Source of the DNA: an uncultured Acidobacteriaceae bacterium
GTDB lineage: Bacteria > Acidobacteriota > Terriglobia > Terriglobales > Acidobacteriaceae
Assembly (NCBI GenBank): GCA_963835355.1
Contig: CAWIFE010000011.1
Coordinates: 70,848 to 134,847 of the forward strand
Direction of reading: 5' to 3'
Length of the DNA stretch: 64,000 bases
In this document: piece after piece, positions 8,962-18,395 of the stretch
Numbering within the stretch: the stretch's first letter is position 1
How the letters are laid out: each line of letters opens with the position of its first letter
The notes under the pieces: model-generated
What the model saw: the letters and a program-made list of their open reading frames with translations, nothing else
What the model was told of the DNA's origin: nothing
Databases searched by the model: none
Position numbers and translations under genes: made by a program

Positions 8962-9729
8962 TTATCCGAACCTCGCCCGCTTTACCGATTGCCGGAAATC
9001 ATCGCCCTGCATCTCCACGCGGACACACATCTCCGCCAGCCGCGACCTCATCCGGTCGCCGATCCGGTCTCCCAGCGTGTCGTCAAGGACGGCGGCTTTG
9101 GCCCCGTTCCTGTCAAATCTAGCGCCCGCTCCTGCCGGCAAGTCCGGATAATTCGTCGTAATGATCGTGGTCAGGCGGTCGTTGTAGCGCGTGTTCAGAA
9201 TCAGCGCCACCGTGTCCCATACCCACTCGTTGGGCTTTTGCGCGCCCAGATCGTCCAGCACCAGCACCTCGGCGGCAAACACCGGCTTCAGCAGCTCGAG
9301 CTCCGTCGTCCGTACCTCGGAGTTGTAGCTGTTCTGGATGCTCTTCAGCAGCTCCCGATAGTCACAGAACAACCCCTTCACTCCGCGCTCCTGGATCAGG
9401 CGCCGGAGAATGCCAGCCGCCAGGTGAGTCTTGCCCAAACCAGCTGAGCCGACAAAAAGCAGCCCCCGCCCTGCAGTGTCGACAGGATAGGTCTCCGCGA
9501 ACTTCCGCGCCTTCTGCAGCGCCCTGCCCAGCGAGGGATCGGCGCCGGGATACGAGGGATCGAACGCGTCCAGCGTGCAATCCTTGTAACGCGCCGGAAT
9601 TTGCGCCGCCTGGATCCTTCGCAGTTCCCGCTCCGCCTCCTGGCACTCGCAGGCCCGGCTCACCCAATGTCCGGTCGCATCCATCACCCGAACCAGACCC
9701 ACCCCACCGCAAATCGCGCATTCCGTCAT
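8962..9729 (-). CDS. DnaC/IstB-like AAA+ ATPase (helicase loader) with an N-terminal Zn-binding motif
   Basis: CAICGG...CEC, Walker A GSAGLGKT, Walker B LVLDDLG, TIITTN and RMRSRLAEMC. Confidence 0.85.
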   Translation of the reverse strand: MTECAICGGVGLVRVMDATGHWVSRACECQEAERELRRIQAAQIPARYKDCTLDAFDPSYPGADPSLGRALQKARKFAETYPVDTAGRGLLFVGSAGLGKTHLAAGILRRLIQERGVKGLFCDYRELLKSIQNSYNSEVRTTELELLKPVFAAEVLVLDDLGAQKPNEWVWDTVALILNTRYNDRLTTIITTNYPDLPAGAGARFDRNGAKAAVLDDTLGDRIGDRMRSRLAEMCVRVEMQGDDFRQSVKRARFG

Positions 9730-9864
9730 ATCGTTTTTCCAGCCTAGCGCACTCGCCCTCGCGCGCACTCGGTGCACACCTCGTGCCCGAATGTGGAAAA
9801 TGCGCCAGCCTGCTCGTGAAGCAGCACCCATCAGTCTTCGCGAAGCTCGTCAATGGCCTTTCAC

Positions 9865-9893
9865 TTGACAGCGAATGAGGCGACGACTAATGT
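9865..9893 (+). promoter_or_regulatory. Sigma-70-type promoter
   Basis: TTGACA-N17-TAATGT upstream of the carboxylesterase. Confidence 0.6.
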
Positions 9894-10019
9894 GCTTCGC
9901 TGGTATACGTTTTCTCACCCGGCTGGACTTGAACGTGTCGGCGGAGCCTGTTGCCCGTGCGGCCTGCCGGCTTTGACATAAATTGCTACCTGAATTCATC
10001 ACTAGTGGAAGGAGAAGGA

Positions 10020-11723
10020 ATGTCCGCATCGCAAATTGCTGATCGTCCCCTGATGAACCGTCGCGAAGCTTTGCTCTTCTCAGCGGCGGCAGGCGCGAGC
10101 CTGGCCTTGGGCCAGCCGGCGCTCGCCTCGGATAGCACCAAGACCGCCGCCCAACAGGAACCCGGGAACTGCACCACCCCGCGCAGCGCCATCGCGAATA
10201 CGCGATACGGCAAAGTGCGTGGGTTTGTTGATGGCGGTGTCTTCACCTTCAAAGGCATTCCATACGGTCAGGACACAGGTGGCGAGAACCGCTGGTTGCC
10301 CGCCAAGCCGCCTAACCCCTGGAAGGACGAATATCCAGCGCTGATCTATGGAGGAAACTGCCCCCAGAATCTGCATCCCTGGACAGCGATCGAGCAGACC
10401 TTCATTCAGGACTGGGATGATGGCTACCAGAGCGAAGACATGCTCAAGCTGAATGTGTGGACGCCCAGCCTCACGGGAAAGCGGGCCGTGCTTGTGTATT
10501 TCCATGGCGGAGGATACAGCTTCGGGTCTTCCTATGAGCTGCCCTCGCAGGAAGGCGCCCAGATGGCGCGCCATCACGATGTTGTCTCGGTCACCGTCAA
10601 TCATCGCCTCAACATTCTCGGCTTCTTCGATGCTTCCGTGATCGGCGGATCACCCTACGAGGATTCGGTCAATGTCGGTATGACGGACTTAGTCGCGTCG
10701 CTCAAATGGGTTCAGGAAAACATCGCCAATTTCGGCGGCGATCCGGACCGTGTCATGATCTACGGCCAGTCCGGCGGCGGATCCAAAGTGACGACCTTGA
10801 TGGGAATGCCGTCGGCCGCGGGAATTTTCCATTGCGCCTCGGTGCAATCCGGGGGCGGCGGCAACATCCCAACGAAAGAACAGCAACGAGAAGTAGCACG
10901 GCAATTGATGAAAGATCTTGGGCTGCAATCGAACGACATTGCCTCGTTGCAGAAAATGGAGTGGTCGACGCTGGTGGCCGCAGGTAACGCCGCCGTCGCC
11001 AGGATCAATCCTCCGATGCGGGGCATGTTCGGGCCGTTCGCTCCCGGACCGCCACGCGCGGGCTGGTCGCCATGTCTCGATGACAAGGTCATCGATGTTC
11101 GATCGTTCTTCGATGTTGCGCCGGATATCTCGAAAAACGTGCCGATGCTGCTGGGCTCGGTGAGCGAAGAAGGCAACCAGATGGCCTCCCGTCCCACAGA
11201 GGAACAGTGGCATGCCAGCCTCGCGAAAGTCTACGGTGATGACAAAGCAACAGCCATCATCGCTGCGTTGAAAAAGGCGTACCCGCAGAAACGCATCCAG
11301 ACTCTGTCGTATATGTGCAGCGGCACCTTTGGATTGAACGGCCTCTCAATGCGGAACAACATCGTGAAAATGGCCAAACTGAAGCATGATCAGAAGGGCG
11401 CGCCTGCCTACGCCTACTACTTCACCTGGCAATCGCCGATCCTGGATGGCGTTGCCGGTGCGTGGCACACCGCCGAGCTTGCCTTTTGCTTCGACAACAC
11501 CAAGCGCTGCGAACAGGGCACGGGCAACACACCCGAAGCGCAGGCGCTGGCAATGAAGATGGCGACGGCGTGGGCGAACTTTGCCAGGACCGGGAACCCC
11601 AGCCAGCCGCTACTGCCGTGGACGCCGACGGATCCGGTCAGCAACAAGACCATGGTTTGGGACAACAAAATCCGCCTGGTCGACGACCCTGAGAGCGAGG
11701 CACGCAAGATTCTCTTGAGTTGA
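10020..11723 (+). CDS. Type-B carboxylesterase (PnbA-like) with a Tat signal
   Basis: NRREALL twin-arginine signal, FKGIPY, EDMLKLNVW, catalytic GQSGGG and HTAEL. Confidence 0.9.
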   Translation: MSASQIADRPLMNRREALLFSAAAGASLALGQPALASDSTKTAAQQEPGNCTTPRSAIANTRYGKVRGFVDGGVFTFKGIPYGQDTGGENRWLPAKPPNPWKDEYPALIYGGNCPQNLHPWTAIEQTFIQDWDDGYQSEDMLKLNVWTPSLTGKRAVLVYFHGGGYSFGSSYELPSQEGAQMARHHDVVSVTVNHRLNILGFFDASVIGGSPYEDSVNVGMTDLVASLKWVQENIANFGGDPDRVMIYGQSGGGSKVTTLMGMPSAAGIFHCASVQSGGGGNIPTKEQQREVARQLMKDLGLQSNDIASLQKMEWSTLVAAGNAAVARINPPMRGMFGPFAPGPPRAGWSPCLDDKVIDVRSFFDVAPDISKNVPMLLGSVSEEGNQMASRPTEEQWHASLAKVYGDDKATAIIAALKKAYPQKRIQTLSYMCSGTFGLNGLSMRNNIVKMAKLKHDQKGAPAYAYYFTWQSPILDGVAGAWHTAELAFCFDNTKRCEQGTGNTPEAQALAMKMATAWANFARTGNPSQPLLPWTPTDPVSNKTMVWDNKIRLVDDPESEARKILLS

Positions 11724-11906
11724 TACGAAGGGACGAAAACGTAGTTCTCAGAAAACTTAGTTCACATTTCACCCGGCTTCAAGAAGATCCGGCGGCCGCC
11801 TTTCGGCCGAACCGCGCTCTTCTTGGAAGGCAAAGTTGAATTCAGATTGATTGGGGATTCTCGGATGCCGATCCGGCCGAACTTCGAATTCAGGGATTGG
11901 CGAGGC

Positions 11907-13228
11907 TTAGTCGCAAACCAGCGCAGCCTCGGGAAGAAATCCATGCGCCGCATCCGCTTCGACCGGACCGGCGACCGCCTTCGCCCTGCGCCGTGAAGAA
12001 CCGCTCCACTTCGCCCAGCACATGCAGGCCCAGTGCGCGCCCGGTAGATGGCCGCGCGCAGCTTCGCGCCGCCCGGCACGCCATGCGTAAACCACGTGGC
12101 AAACTGCTTCATCTTTCCTACCGGATCGCCCATCCTCGCGTCTCGCGGCAGATCCTTGGTCGCTTCGGCCTCGGTCAGCAGCATCTCAAAGTACGCCCGA
12201 ATCATCCGGTAGCGATCCAGATTCGTCGGCCGCTCGTAGCTGCTCGTCGCCGTGTACTGCGCAATTTGGCGAAAGATCCACGGGTTCGCCGGCGCCGCCC
12301 GCCCGATCATCACCGCATCGCAGCCCGTCTCAGCCACCATCGCCGCCGCGTCTTCCGGCGTGCGCACGTCGCCGTTCCCCATCACGGGAATCCCCACCGC
12401 CTGCTTCACTTGGGCAATCCAATGCCACTGCGCTTGTCCGCTGTAGCCCTGCTCGCGCGTCCGCGCATGCAGCGCCAATCCGTTCAGCCCTTCGGCCTCG
12501 GCCATCCGCGCCAACTCCACGCACACAATCTGCGAGTCGTTCCAGCCCATGCGGAACTTCACGGTGAAGGGAATCGTCACCGCCTTGCGAATCGCCCGGA
12601 AAATCTCGCCGATCTTCGGCAGATCCCGCAGCAGTCCCGACCCTCCGTTGCACCCCACCACGCGCTTCGCCGGGCAGCCCAGATTCAAATCCACCGTATC
12701 GAAGCCCGTCTCCTCAACAATGCGCGCCGCTTCGGCCAGCGTCTCGGCGTTTGACCCGAACAGTTGCGCTCCGATCGGATGCTCATCGTCGTAGAACGTC
12801 AGATACCGCCGTCGCTTCGTTTCCCTCATCCGCGCCAGCCCATCCGCCGACGTGAACTCGGTCATAATCAGCCCGCATCCTGACTCCACATTGCTGATCG
12901 CCGCTTCAACCTCGGCTGTCGCCGCTCCCTCGCTCCCTCGCTCCCTTGCTTCTTGCGCTTTGATCTCTGTTCTCTGATCTCTGTCGGGTGCCCCCGGTCC
13001 CTCGCATCTGGGGACCGGGGAGAGCAGGTTGGCATTTGAATTGGCGTCGGCGTTGCTGAACAAACTCGCGTGCCGTATAAATCTGCGGAACACCGTGTCC
13101 GTGACGCCCGCCATCGGCGCCAGCACCGTCGCCGGCCGCACCACCACCGCGCCCAGCCGCACCTCCGCCGGAACACGCGCCTCCGCAGGCATCGCGTGCT
13201 CCACTGGGTTGTCCCAGTCCTTCTTCAC
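11907..13228 (-). CDS. dusB: tRNA-dihydrouridine synthase (DusB family) with a repeat-derived in-frame insertion; two apparent +1 frameshifts near 12023 and 11985
   Basis: LAPMAGVTD, DLNLGCP, LHART, GNGDV and VMIGR. Correcting two extra bases gives ...TGPAVLGEVERFFTAQAKAVAGPVEADAAHGFLPEAALVCD*. Confidence 0.88.
12986..13020 (+). repeat. GGGTG-tagged REP-like hairpin inside dusB, preceded by 7/8-mer tandem repeats (12924-12983)
   Basis: gggtgcccccggtccctcgcatctggggaccgggg; same family as 18848, 34988 and 44493. Confidence 0.8.
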
Positions 13229-13260
13229 CGTGAATCCGCGGCGTGGCATAGGGGGCAGAC

Positions 13261-13851
13261 CTAAATCCTCACTTCGATATCGGGACGGCTCTTCGCCAGC
13301 AACCTGGTTTCGATTGCCTTTAGTTTTGCCGGGTCAACGCGAAAGCGCTCGGGAACAACAGCGATTTCGGCTGTTGGGGCCTCTTCGCCCTTTTCCTTAA
13401 TGGTGATAACGCCAAGACGCCCAATCCCATCCTCGGAAAACCCGAAATGCGCGAGCTCTCCAAAAGCTCGGTCGAAGCTCTCCACCGGAATTGCCAGATA
13501 CCGATAATGCGCGGGCAGGCACATCACCTTGCGATGAATGTCTCTGAGCTTCTCGATGTATTTAGCATCATGCGTTGCGTACACCTCGTTGTATTTCTTG
13601 GAGTTCGATGGGTCGATCCGTTGGCCCTCGAAAGGATTGAGATCGCGTGCCAGCTTGATCTCGACGGCGTGCAGGTCACCCGCACCAGCCCGATCTACGG
13701 CGAGCACGTCGGCTGCAATCAGACTCGCGGGCGGTTCAAGGTAAATATTGGGAACGGAAAGTGTCCTTCGCAAGAGCTCTGCAACGGCATTGATGGCGCG
13801 ACCTTCTCTCTGGCGCGTTGTCAGCTTCCGGGTTTCTTCCTTTACAGTCAT
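13261..13851 (-). CDS. Hypothetical protein with a PD-(D/E)XK nuclease-like motif
   Basis: AADVLAVDRAGAGDLHAVEIK fits D...(D/E)xK; lower GC than the flanks; ATG lies 4 nt after the upstream stop. Confidence 0.55.
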   Translation of the reverse strand: MTVKEETRKLTTRQREGRAINAVAELLRRTLSVPNIYLEPPASLIAADVLAVDRAGAGDLHAVEIKLARDLNPFEGQRIDPSNSKKYNEVYATHDAKYIEKLRDIHRKVMCLPAHYRYLAIPVESFDRAFGELAHFGFSEDGIGRLGVITIKEKGEEAPTAEIAVVPERFRVDPAKLKAIETRLLAKSRPDIEVRI

Positions 13852-13855
13852 GACA

Positions 13856-14257
13856 TCACCTTCCTTCCCGTTTTTGCAGAATCCGTTCCGCCCAAGCCCG
13901 AAATCGCTCGGCGGTTATACAGAGTGCCTCAACCCTTTCGTCGTCGACACGCTTTTCGCCATAGGAAATGTCTGTCTTAGTACTCATAAGCTTTTGATAG
14001 TGAGTGATCCCGTGCTGATCGATCTTCGCTCGAGTGCACGCTCGCCTTAGAGCGGTGACTGCTTCTCGATGGTTCTCGCCTCGTGGCCGTGTACCGCCGA
14101 GCCCAATCAAAACAGCATCGCTATAGGAGATGGCGCTGTGCACAGCCAGAAGTGCCGCGGCAGACGCGTAGGCCGACAGATCGTCCCGGCAGAGTTTCAT
14201 CGCGTCGGCAAGCTGTGTCGCCCGGCGATGGTAAACGGTGAAACTCGCCTCGGCCAT
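13856..14257 (-). CDS. HEPN-like helical protein (putative RNase toxin)
   Basis: 133 aa, all-helical; LLAVHSAISYSDA...RPRGENHREAV contains Rx(3-5)H; K..ISYG in the C-terminal half resembles small HEPN proteins. Confidence 0.6.
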   Translation of the reverse strand: MAEASFTVYHRRATQLADAMKLCRDDLSAYASAAALLAVHSAISYSDAVLIGLGGTRPRGENHREAVTALRRACTRAKIDQHGITHYQKLMSTKTDISYGEKRVDDERVEALCITAERFRAWAERILQKREGR

Positions 14258-14277
14258 GCATCACCATCATCGCATGT

Positions 14278-14304
14278 AAGAAAGCCCCCGCCGTGGCGGA
14301 GGCT
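14278..14304 (-). terminator. Weak intrinsic terminator after rpmE
   Basis: Minus strand AGCCTCCGC-CACG-GCGGGGGCT followed by TTCTT. Confidence 0.5.
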
Positions 14305-14317
14305 CGTCCCATCCTGT

Positions 14318-14349
14318 GGGTGCCCCCGGTCTCGGTTTTGAGACCGGGG
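14318..14349 (+). repeat. GGGTG-tagged REP-like hairpin (variant)
   Basis: gggtgcccccggtctcggttttgagaccgggg. Confidence 0.7.
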
Positions 14350-14358
14350 AATCTCGGC

Positions 14359-14589
14359 TTACTTCGCCGCCGCAATCGCCTTGTCGCTCTTCGCGTACTT
14401 CCGCCGGAACCGCTCTACGCGTCCCGCCGTGTCGACCAGCCTTTGTTTGCCGGTAAAGAACGGGTGGCAAACCGAGCAAATTTCCACGTGGATGTCGCCC
14501 TTGTGGGTCGACCGCGTTTCAAAACTGCTTCCGCAGGCACACATCACCCGCACCGCGGCGTAATTGGGATGAATCTTTTCCTTGGGCAT
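14359..14589 (-). CDS. rpmE: 50S ribosomal protein L31 (Zn-binding type A)
   Basis: [22 protein letters not shown] and GRVERF. Confidence 0.98.
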   Translation of the reverse strand: MPKEKIHPNYAAVRVMCACGSSFETRSTHKGDIHVEICSVCHPFFTGKQRLVDTAGRVERFRRKYAKSDKAIAAAK

Positions 14590-14625
14590 CGACAGACAGA
14601 CCTTTCCTGCAATTCTTCTCTCCTT

Positions 14626-14654
14626 ATTGTAGGGGGATTTGCCCGCTTTCGCAA
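14626..14654 (-). promoter_or_regulatory. Sigma-70 promoter of rpmE
   Basis: Minus strand TTGCGA-N17-TACAAT. Confidence 0.65.
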
Positions 14655-14754
14655 TTCCGGGGCAGGAAACTCAGAAAAGCAGCTTTTAGCCACTGGCTTC
14701 TAGCTGTTAGCTCGCATTGCATCGACTTACGGCTTCGGCCTAACCGCAAACGCT

Positions 14755-14842
14755 GGGTGCCCCAGGTCCCTTGCAATTGGGGACCTGGGACAGCACGAAC
14801 GCCGCACGCTGACTTGCTGACTCGCTGACTCGCTAACTCGCT
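14755..14842 (+). repeat. GGGTG-tagged REP-like hairpin (14755-14790) plus an 8-mer tandem repeat (14809-14842)
   Basis: gggtgccccaggtcccttgcaattggggacctggga; ctgacttg-ctgactcg-ctgactcg-ctaactcg. Confidence 0.7.
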
Positions 14843-14845
14843 GCT

Positions 14846-17800
14846 TCATCGAAAATCCCTCGACCGCACCTCCACTCGCGTAATCTCCAGCGGCACAATC
14901 CGCTGCGCCTTCACATGAATCACGCCCTCCTGGTTTTGCACCGGCCCCTCGATGCGCAGGAAACGGTTCCGCGTCACCACCACCCGGTCGCGCTCAAAAA
15001 CATCCGGCGTCAGAATCACGTTGGCAATCCCCGTCTCGTCCTCCAGCGACAAGAACACAAATCCCTTCGCCGTGCCCGGCCGCTGCCGCGCAATCACGCA
15101 TCCGGCAATCGCAACGCGCCTGCCGCTCCTTAACGCCTCCAGCTCTCTTGCCGAAAAAATCCCCTCTGTCCGCAACTCCATGCGGTGATACGCCATCGGA
15201 TGCGGTCCAGTCGTCAATCCCGTCCCCGCATAATCCGCCGCCAGCCGCTCCTCCGTCGTCATCTGCTTGAGCGGCATCGCCGCCGCGCGATCCGCAGCAG
15301 CCGCTCCGCCGCCGGAGTTTTTCTCGCTTGGCTCCGCTGTCGCGCCACACTGTTCTGCTGGTGCCCCATCATTCGGTCGCCGCGGCGACCGAAGGGTGGG
15401 AACCGCCGCTCTGTCGCGCCCATCCCCGCGTCCAGCCTCCGTCCCGCGCAGCAATGGTCCCACCGGCCTTCCCGCCCACTCCACCTGCCACAGCGCATCG
15501 CGCCTGTGCTCCACTTCGCCCAGGGAATTCAGCGCCCCAATCTGTGCCAGCGCCACCAGCTCTTTGCGGTTCAGCTCCGGAACACGCCGCGTCAAATCGT
15601 CCACGCTGGCGAATCCTCCCGCGCCGCGCGCCGCAATCACTGCTTCCGCCGAGCTCTGCCGCAATCCTTTCGCATAATTCATTCCCAGCCGCAGCGAAAT
15701 CGACCCATCCGCTTCCTTCTCCAGCGTGCACAGCCACTCCGAACGCTGCACGTCGATCGGCCGCACCCTCAGCCCATGCCGTTGCGCATCCTTCACCAGC
15801 ACCGCCGGCGAATAAAATCCCATCGGCTGGTTATTCAGCAATCCACACGTGAACGCCGCCAGAAAATGCACCTTCAAATACGCCGATGCATACGCGATCA
15901 GCGCAAAACTCGCCGCATGGCTCTCGGGAAATCCGTACATCGCGAACGACGAAATCCCCTGCACAATGTTGTCCTGCGCCGCCGCATCCACGCCGTTGCG
16001 CGTCATCCCATCGCGCAGCCGCCCCTCCAGGTCCTTCATCCGCTGCATCGATCGCCGCATGCCCACCGCGCGCCGCAGCTCTTCGGCCTCCGCGCCCGTA
16101 AAGCTCGCTACCACCATCGCCATGCGCAGCAGTTGTTCCTGAAACAGCGGCACGCCCAGCGTCCGCTTCAGCACCGGCTCCAGCAGCGGGTGCGGATACG
16201 TCACCTCCTCCTTGCCCTGCCTGCGCCGCATATATGGATGCATCATCTTGCCCACAATCGGTCCCGGCCTGATGATCGCCACCTGCACCACCAGATCGTA
16301 AAAACGCACCGGCGCGTTGTGCGGAATCGACGCCATCTGCGCGCGGCTCTCCACCTGGAACATCCCCACCGTGTCCGCCTTGCACAGCGTTTCGTACACC
16401 ACCGGATCTTCGGGCAGCAGCGCCAGGTCCACCTGCTTGCCGTAGTGCCGCGGGATCAATTCAATCGACTCCTTCAGCGCCGCCATCATCCCCAGCCCCA
16501 GCAGGTCCACCTTGATCAGTCCCATGTCGGCGCAATCTTCCTTGTCCCACTGGATCACCGTCCGCCCCGGCATCGACGCGCGCTCAATCGGGACCACACG
16601 ATTCAGCATTCCCGCGCAGATCACCATGCCGCCCGAGTGCTGCCCCAGGTGCCGCGGCAGATCCTTCATGCGCAGGCACAGGTCCAGATACCGCGCAATC
16701 CGCGGATGCCGCACATCGAATCCCGCCTGCGCAAAATGTTTCTCCATCGTGTCGTTCGGGCCGCGCCATTCCCAGTGGCCCATCAACCCCGACAATCGCG
16801 CCGACTGCTCCTCTTCGAATCCCAGCGCCTTGCCCACCTCGCGCGCCGCCGACCTCCCGCGATACGTGATCACGTTCGCCGTCATTGCCGAGCCCAGCGC
16901 GCCGTAGCGCTCATACACGTACTGGATTACCTGCTCGCGCTCGTCGCCCGATGCCAAATCGAGATCGATGTCCGGCCACTCGCCGCGGTTCTCGCTCAAA
17001 AATCTCTCGAACAGCAACTCCATCCCCACCGGATCAACCGCCGTAAGCTCCAGCGCGTAGCACACAGCCGAATTCGCCGCCGACCCGCGCCCCTGCACCA
17101 GAAATCCGCGCCACTGGCAGTAGCGAATAATGTCCCACACGATCAGGAAATAGCCCGCAAACCCCAGCTTCGCGATCAGCGCCAGCTCGTGCTTCACCTG
17201 CGCCCGCGCCCTCTGGAGCAAATGCCGCTTTGCCGGCGATCCGTACCGCTTGCGCACGCCCTCCTCCACGCGCTTGGCCAGAAAGCTGTCCATCGTCTCG
17301 CCTTCCGGCATCGAATAATGCGGAAATTCGTAGCCGAGATCTTTGAGCGAAAACTCCAGCCGCTCGCTCACAATGCGCGTGTTCGCAATCGCCTCGGGAA
17401 TGTCCTCGAACAGCGCCGCCATCTCGCGCGCCGTCCGCAGATGCCGCGCCGTATTCCGAGCCAGCAACCGCCCCGCGCGGTCCAGCGCCGTGTGGTTGCG
17501 GATCGCCGTGAACACGTCGAGCATCTCGCGGTCCTTCTCCTCCGCATAGCGCACGCCGTTGGTCGCAATCACCGGCAGGCCAAGGCTCTCCGCTGTACGA
17601 AGCAGCGATTGATTGCGGCACTCCTCTTCGCGCTCCTGGTGCCGCTGCAATTCCACGTACAAATTGCCGCGCCCATAAATCGCAGCCAGCCGCTCGGCAA
17701 TTTTTCGCGTCTCGCATTCTCCGCCGCGCGCGAGCGCCGCCGCCAGCGGTCCCTCCTCGCCGCCCGTCAGGCAAATCAGCCCCGCCGAAAACTCTTCCAG

Positions 17801-18364
17801 GTCTTCGACCGTCGCCGCGCCTTCCGCCTTCGTCGCCTCCCGCATCTTGAAGCGCGTAATCAGTTGGCACAGATTCTGGTAGCCAACCTGCGACGCGCAC
17901 AGCAGCACCACCCGCGCCGGCTCTTCGGGAAACTGATGCGGCAGCCATCCCGGCGGCGTCGCGCGGCTGCCCAGCGAAGACACCGCAATCTCCGCCCCAA
18001 TGTGCGCCTTCACGCGGCACGGTTGCGCCGCCGTGTGAAAGCGCGCCGCGCCGTACACGCCGTTCCGGTCAGCCAGCGCAATCGCCGGCATCTCCAGCTC
18101 CACTGCGCGCTGGATCAACTGCTCTGGCAGCGTCGCTCCGGCCAGAAAGCTGAATGCGCTCGTCGCGTGCAACTCAACGTATTCGCAATGATTCGCGTTC
18201 GCCGGTGGTTTTCGCTTGTCATCCTGAGCGAGGTCGCCTCGGCGACCGAGTCGAAGGATCTGCGGTTGCTCTTTGTCGGTTTGTTCTACAAGCTTCGATA
18301 CCGGCGGCTCGTACGCATCATTCGGATGGCACACAGGCGTCCCCGGCGAGTGTGCATTCGGCAC
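14846..18364 (-). CDS. dnaE2: Error-prone DNA polymerase III alpha (DnaE2/ImuC)
   Basis: YVELHATSAFSFL, GRGSAANS, PDIDLD, LGQHSGG, IKVDLLGLGM, GFPESHAASFA, RQRPGTAKG and C-terminal SRDFR. Confidence 0.97.
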   Translation of the reverse strand: MPNAHSPGTPVCHPNDAYEPPVSKLVEQTDKEQPQILRLGRRGDLAQDDKRKPPANANHCEYVELHATSAFSFLAGATLPEQLIQRAVELEMPAIALADRNGVYGAARFHTAAQPCRVKAHIGAEIAVSSLGSRATPPGWLPHQFPEEPARVVLLCASQVGYQNLCQLITRFKMREATKAEGAATVEDLEEFSAGLICLTGGEEGPLAAALARGGECETRKIAERLAAIYGRGNLYVELQRHQEREEECRNQSLLRTAESLGLPVIATNGVRYAEEKDREMLDVFTAIRNHTALDRAGRLLARNTARHLRTAREMAALFEDIPEAIANTRIVSERLEFSLKDLGYEFPHYSMPEGETMDSFLAKRVEEGVRKRYGSPAKRHLLQRARAQVKHELALIAKLGFAGYFLIVWDIIRYCQWRGFLVQGRGSAANSAVCYALELTAVDPVGMELLFERFLSENRGEWPDIDLDLASGDEREQVIQYVYERYGALGSAMTANVITYRGRSAAREVGKALGFEEEQSARLSGLMGHWEWRGPNDTMEKHFAQAGFDVRHPRIARYLDLCLRMKDLPRHLGQHSGGMVICAGMLNRVVPIERASMPGRTVIQWDKEDCADMGLIKVDLLGLGMMAALKESIELIPRHYGKQVDLALLPEDPVVYETLCKADTVGMFQVESRAQMASIPHNAPVRFYDLVVQVAIIRPGPIVGKMMHPYMRRRQGKEEVTYPHPLLEPVLKRTLGVPLFQEQLLRMAMVVASFTGAEAEELRRAVGMRRSMQRMKDLEGRLRDGMTRNGVDAAAQDNIVQGISSFAMYGFPESHAASFALIAYASAYLKVHFLAAFTCGLLNNQPMGFYSPAVLVKDAQRHGLRVRPIDVQRSEWLCTLEKEADGSISLRLGMNYAKGLRQSSAEAVIAARGAGGFASVDDLTRRVPELNRKELVALAQIGALNSLGEVEHRRDALWQVEWAGRPVGPLLRGTEAGRGDGRDRAAVPTLRSPRRPNDGAPAEQCGATAEPSEKNSGGGAAAADRAAAMPLKQMTTEERLAADYAGTGLTTGPHPMAYHRMELRTEGIFSARELEALRSGRRVAIAGCVIARQRPGTAKGFVFLSLEDETGIANVILTPDVFERDRVVVTRNRFLRIEGPVQNQEGVIHVKAQRIVPLEITRVEVRSRDFR
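15360..15401 (+). repeat. GGTG-tagged REP-like hairpin, in frame inside dnaE2
   Basis: ggtgccccatcattcggtcgccgcggcgaccgaagggtggga encodes VPTLRSPRRPNDGAP; related copies at 20586 and 30660. Confidence 0.75.
18217..18268 (+). repeat. TGTC/CGTC-type REP-like element in the dnaE2 5' region
   Basis: tgtcatcctgagcgaggtcgcctcggcgaccgagtcgaaggatctgcggttg. Confidence 0.75.
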
Positions 18365-18395
18365 CGAGTGCGTATTCGGAATATCGCTGCTCAGG

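Noticed and set aside
8962-9729. IS21 element (istB)
   Set aside because: No istA transposase and no terminal inverted repeats adjacent.
11762-11906. Long C-terminal tail of DusB in the ORF track
   Set aside because: Out-of-frame read-through caused by the apparent indels; the corrected frame stops at 11907.
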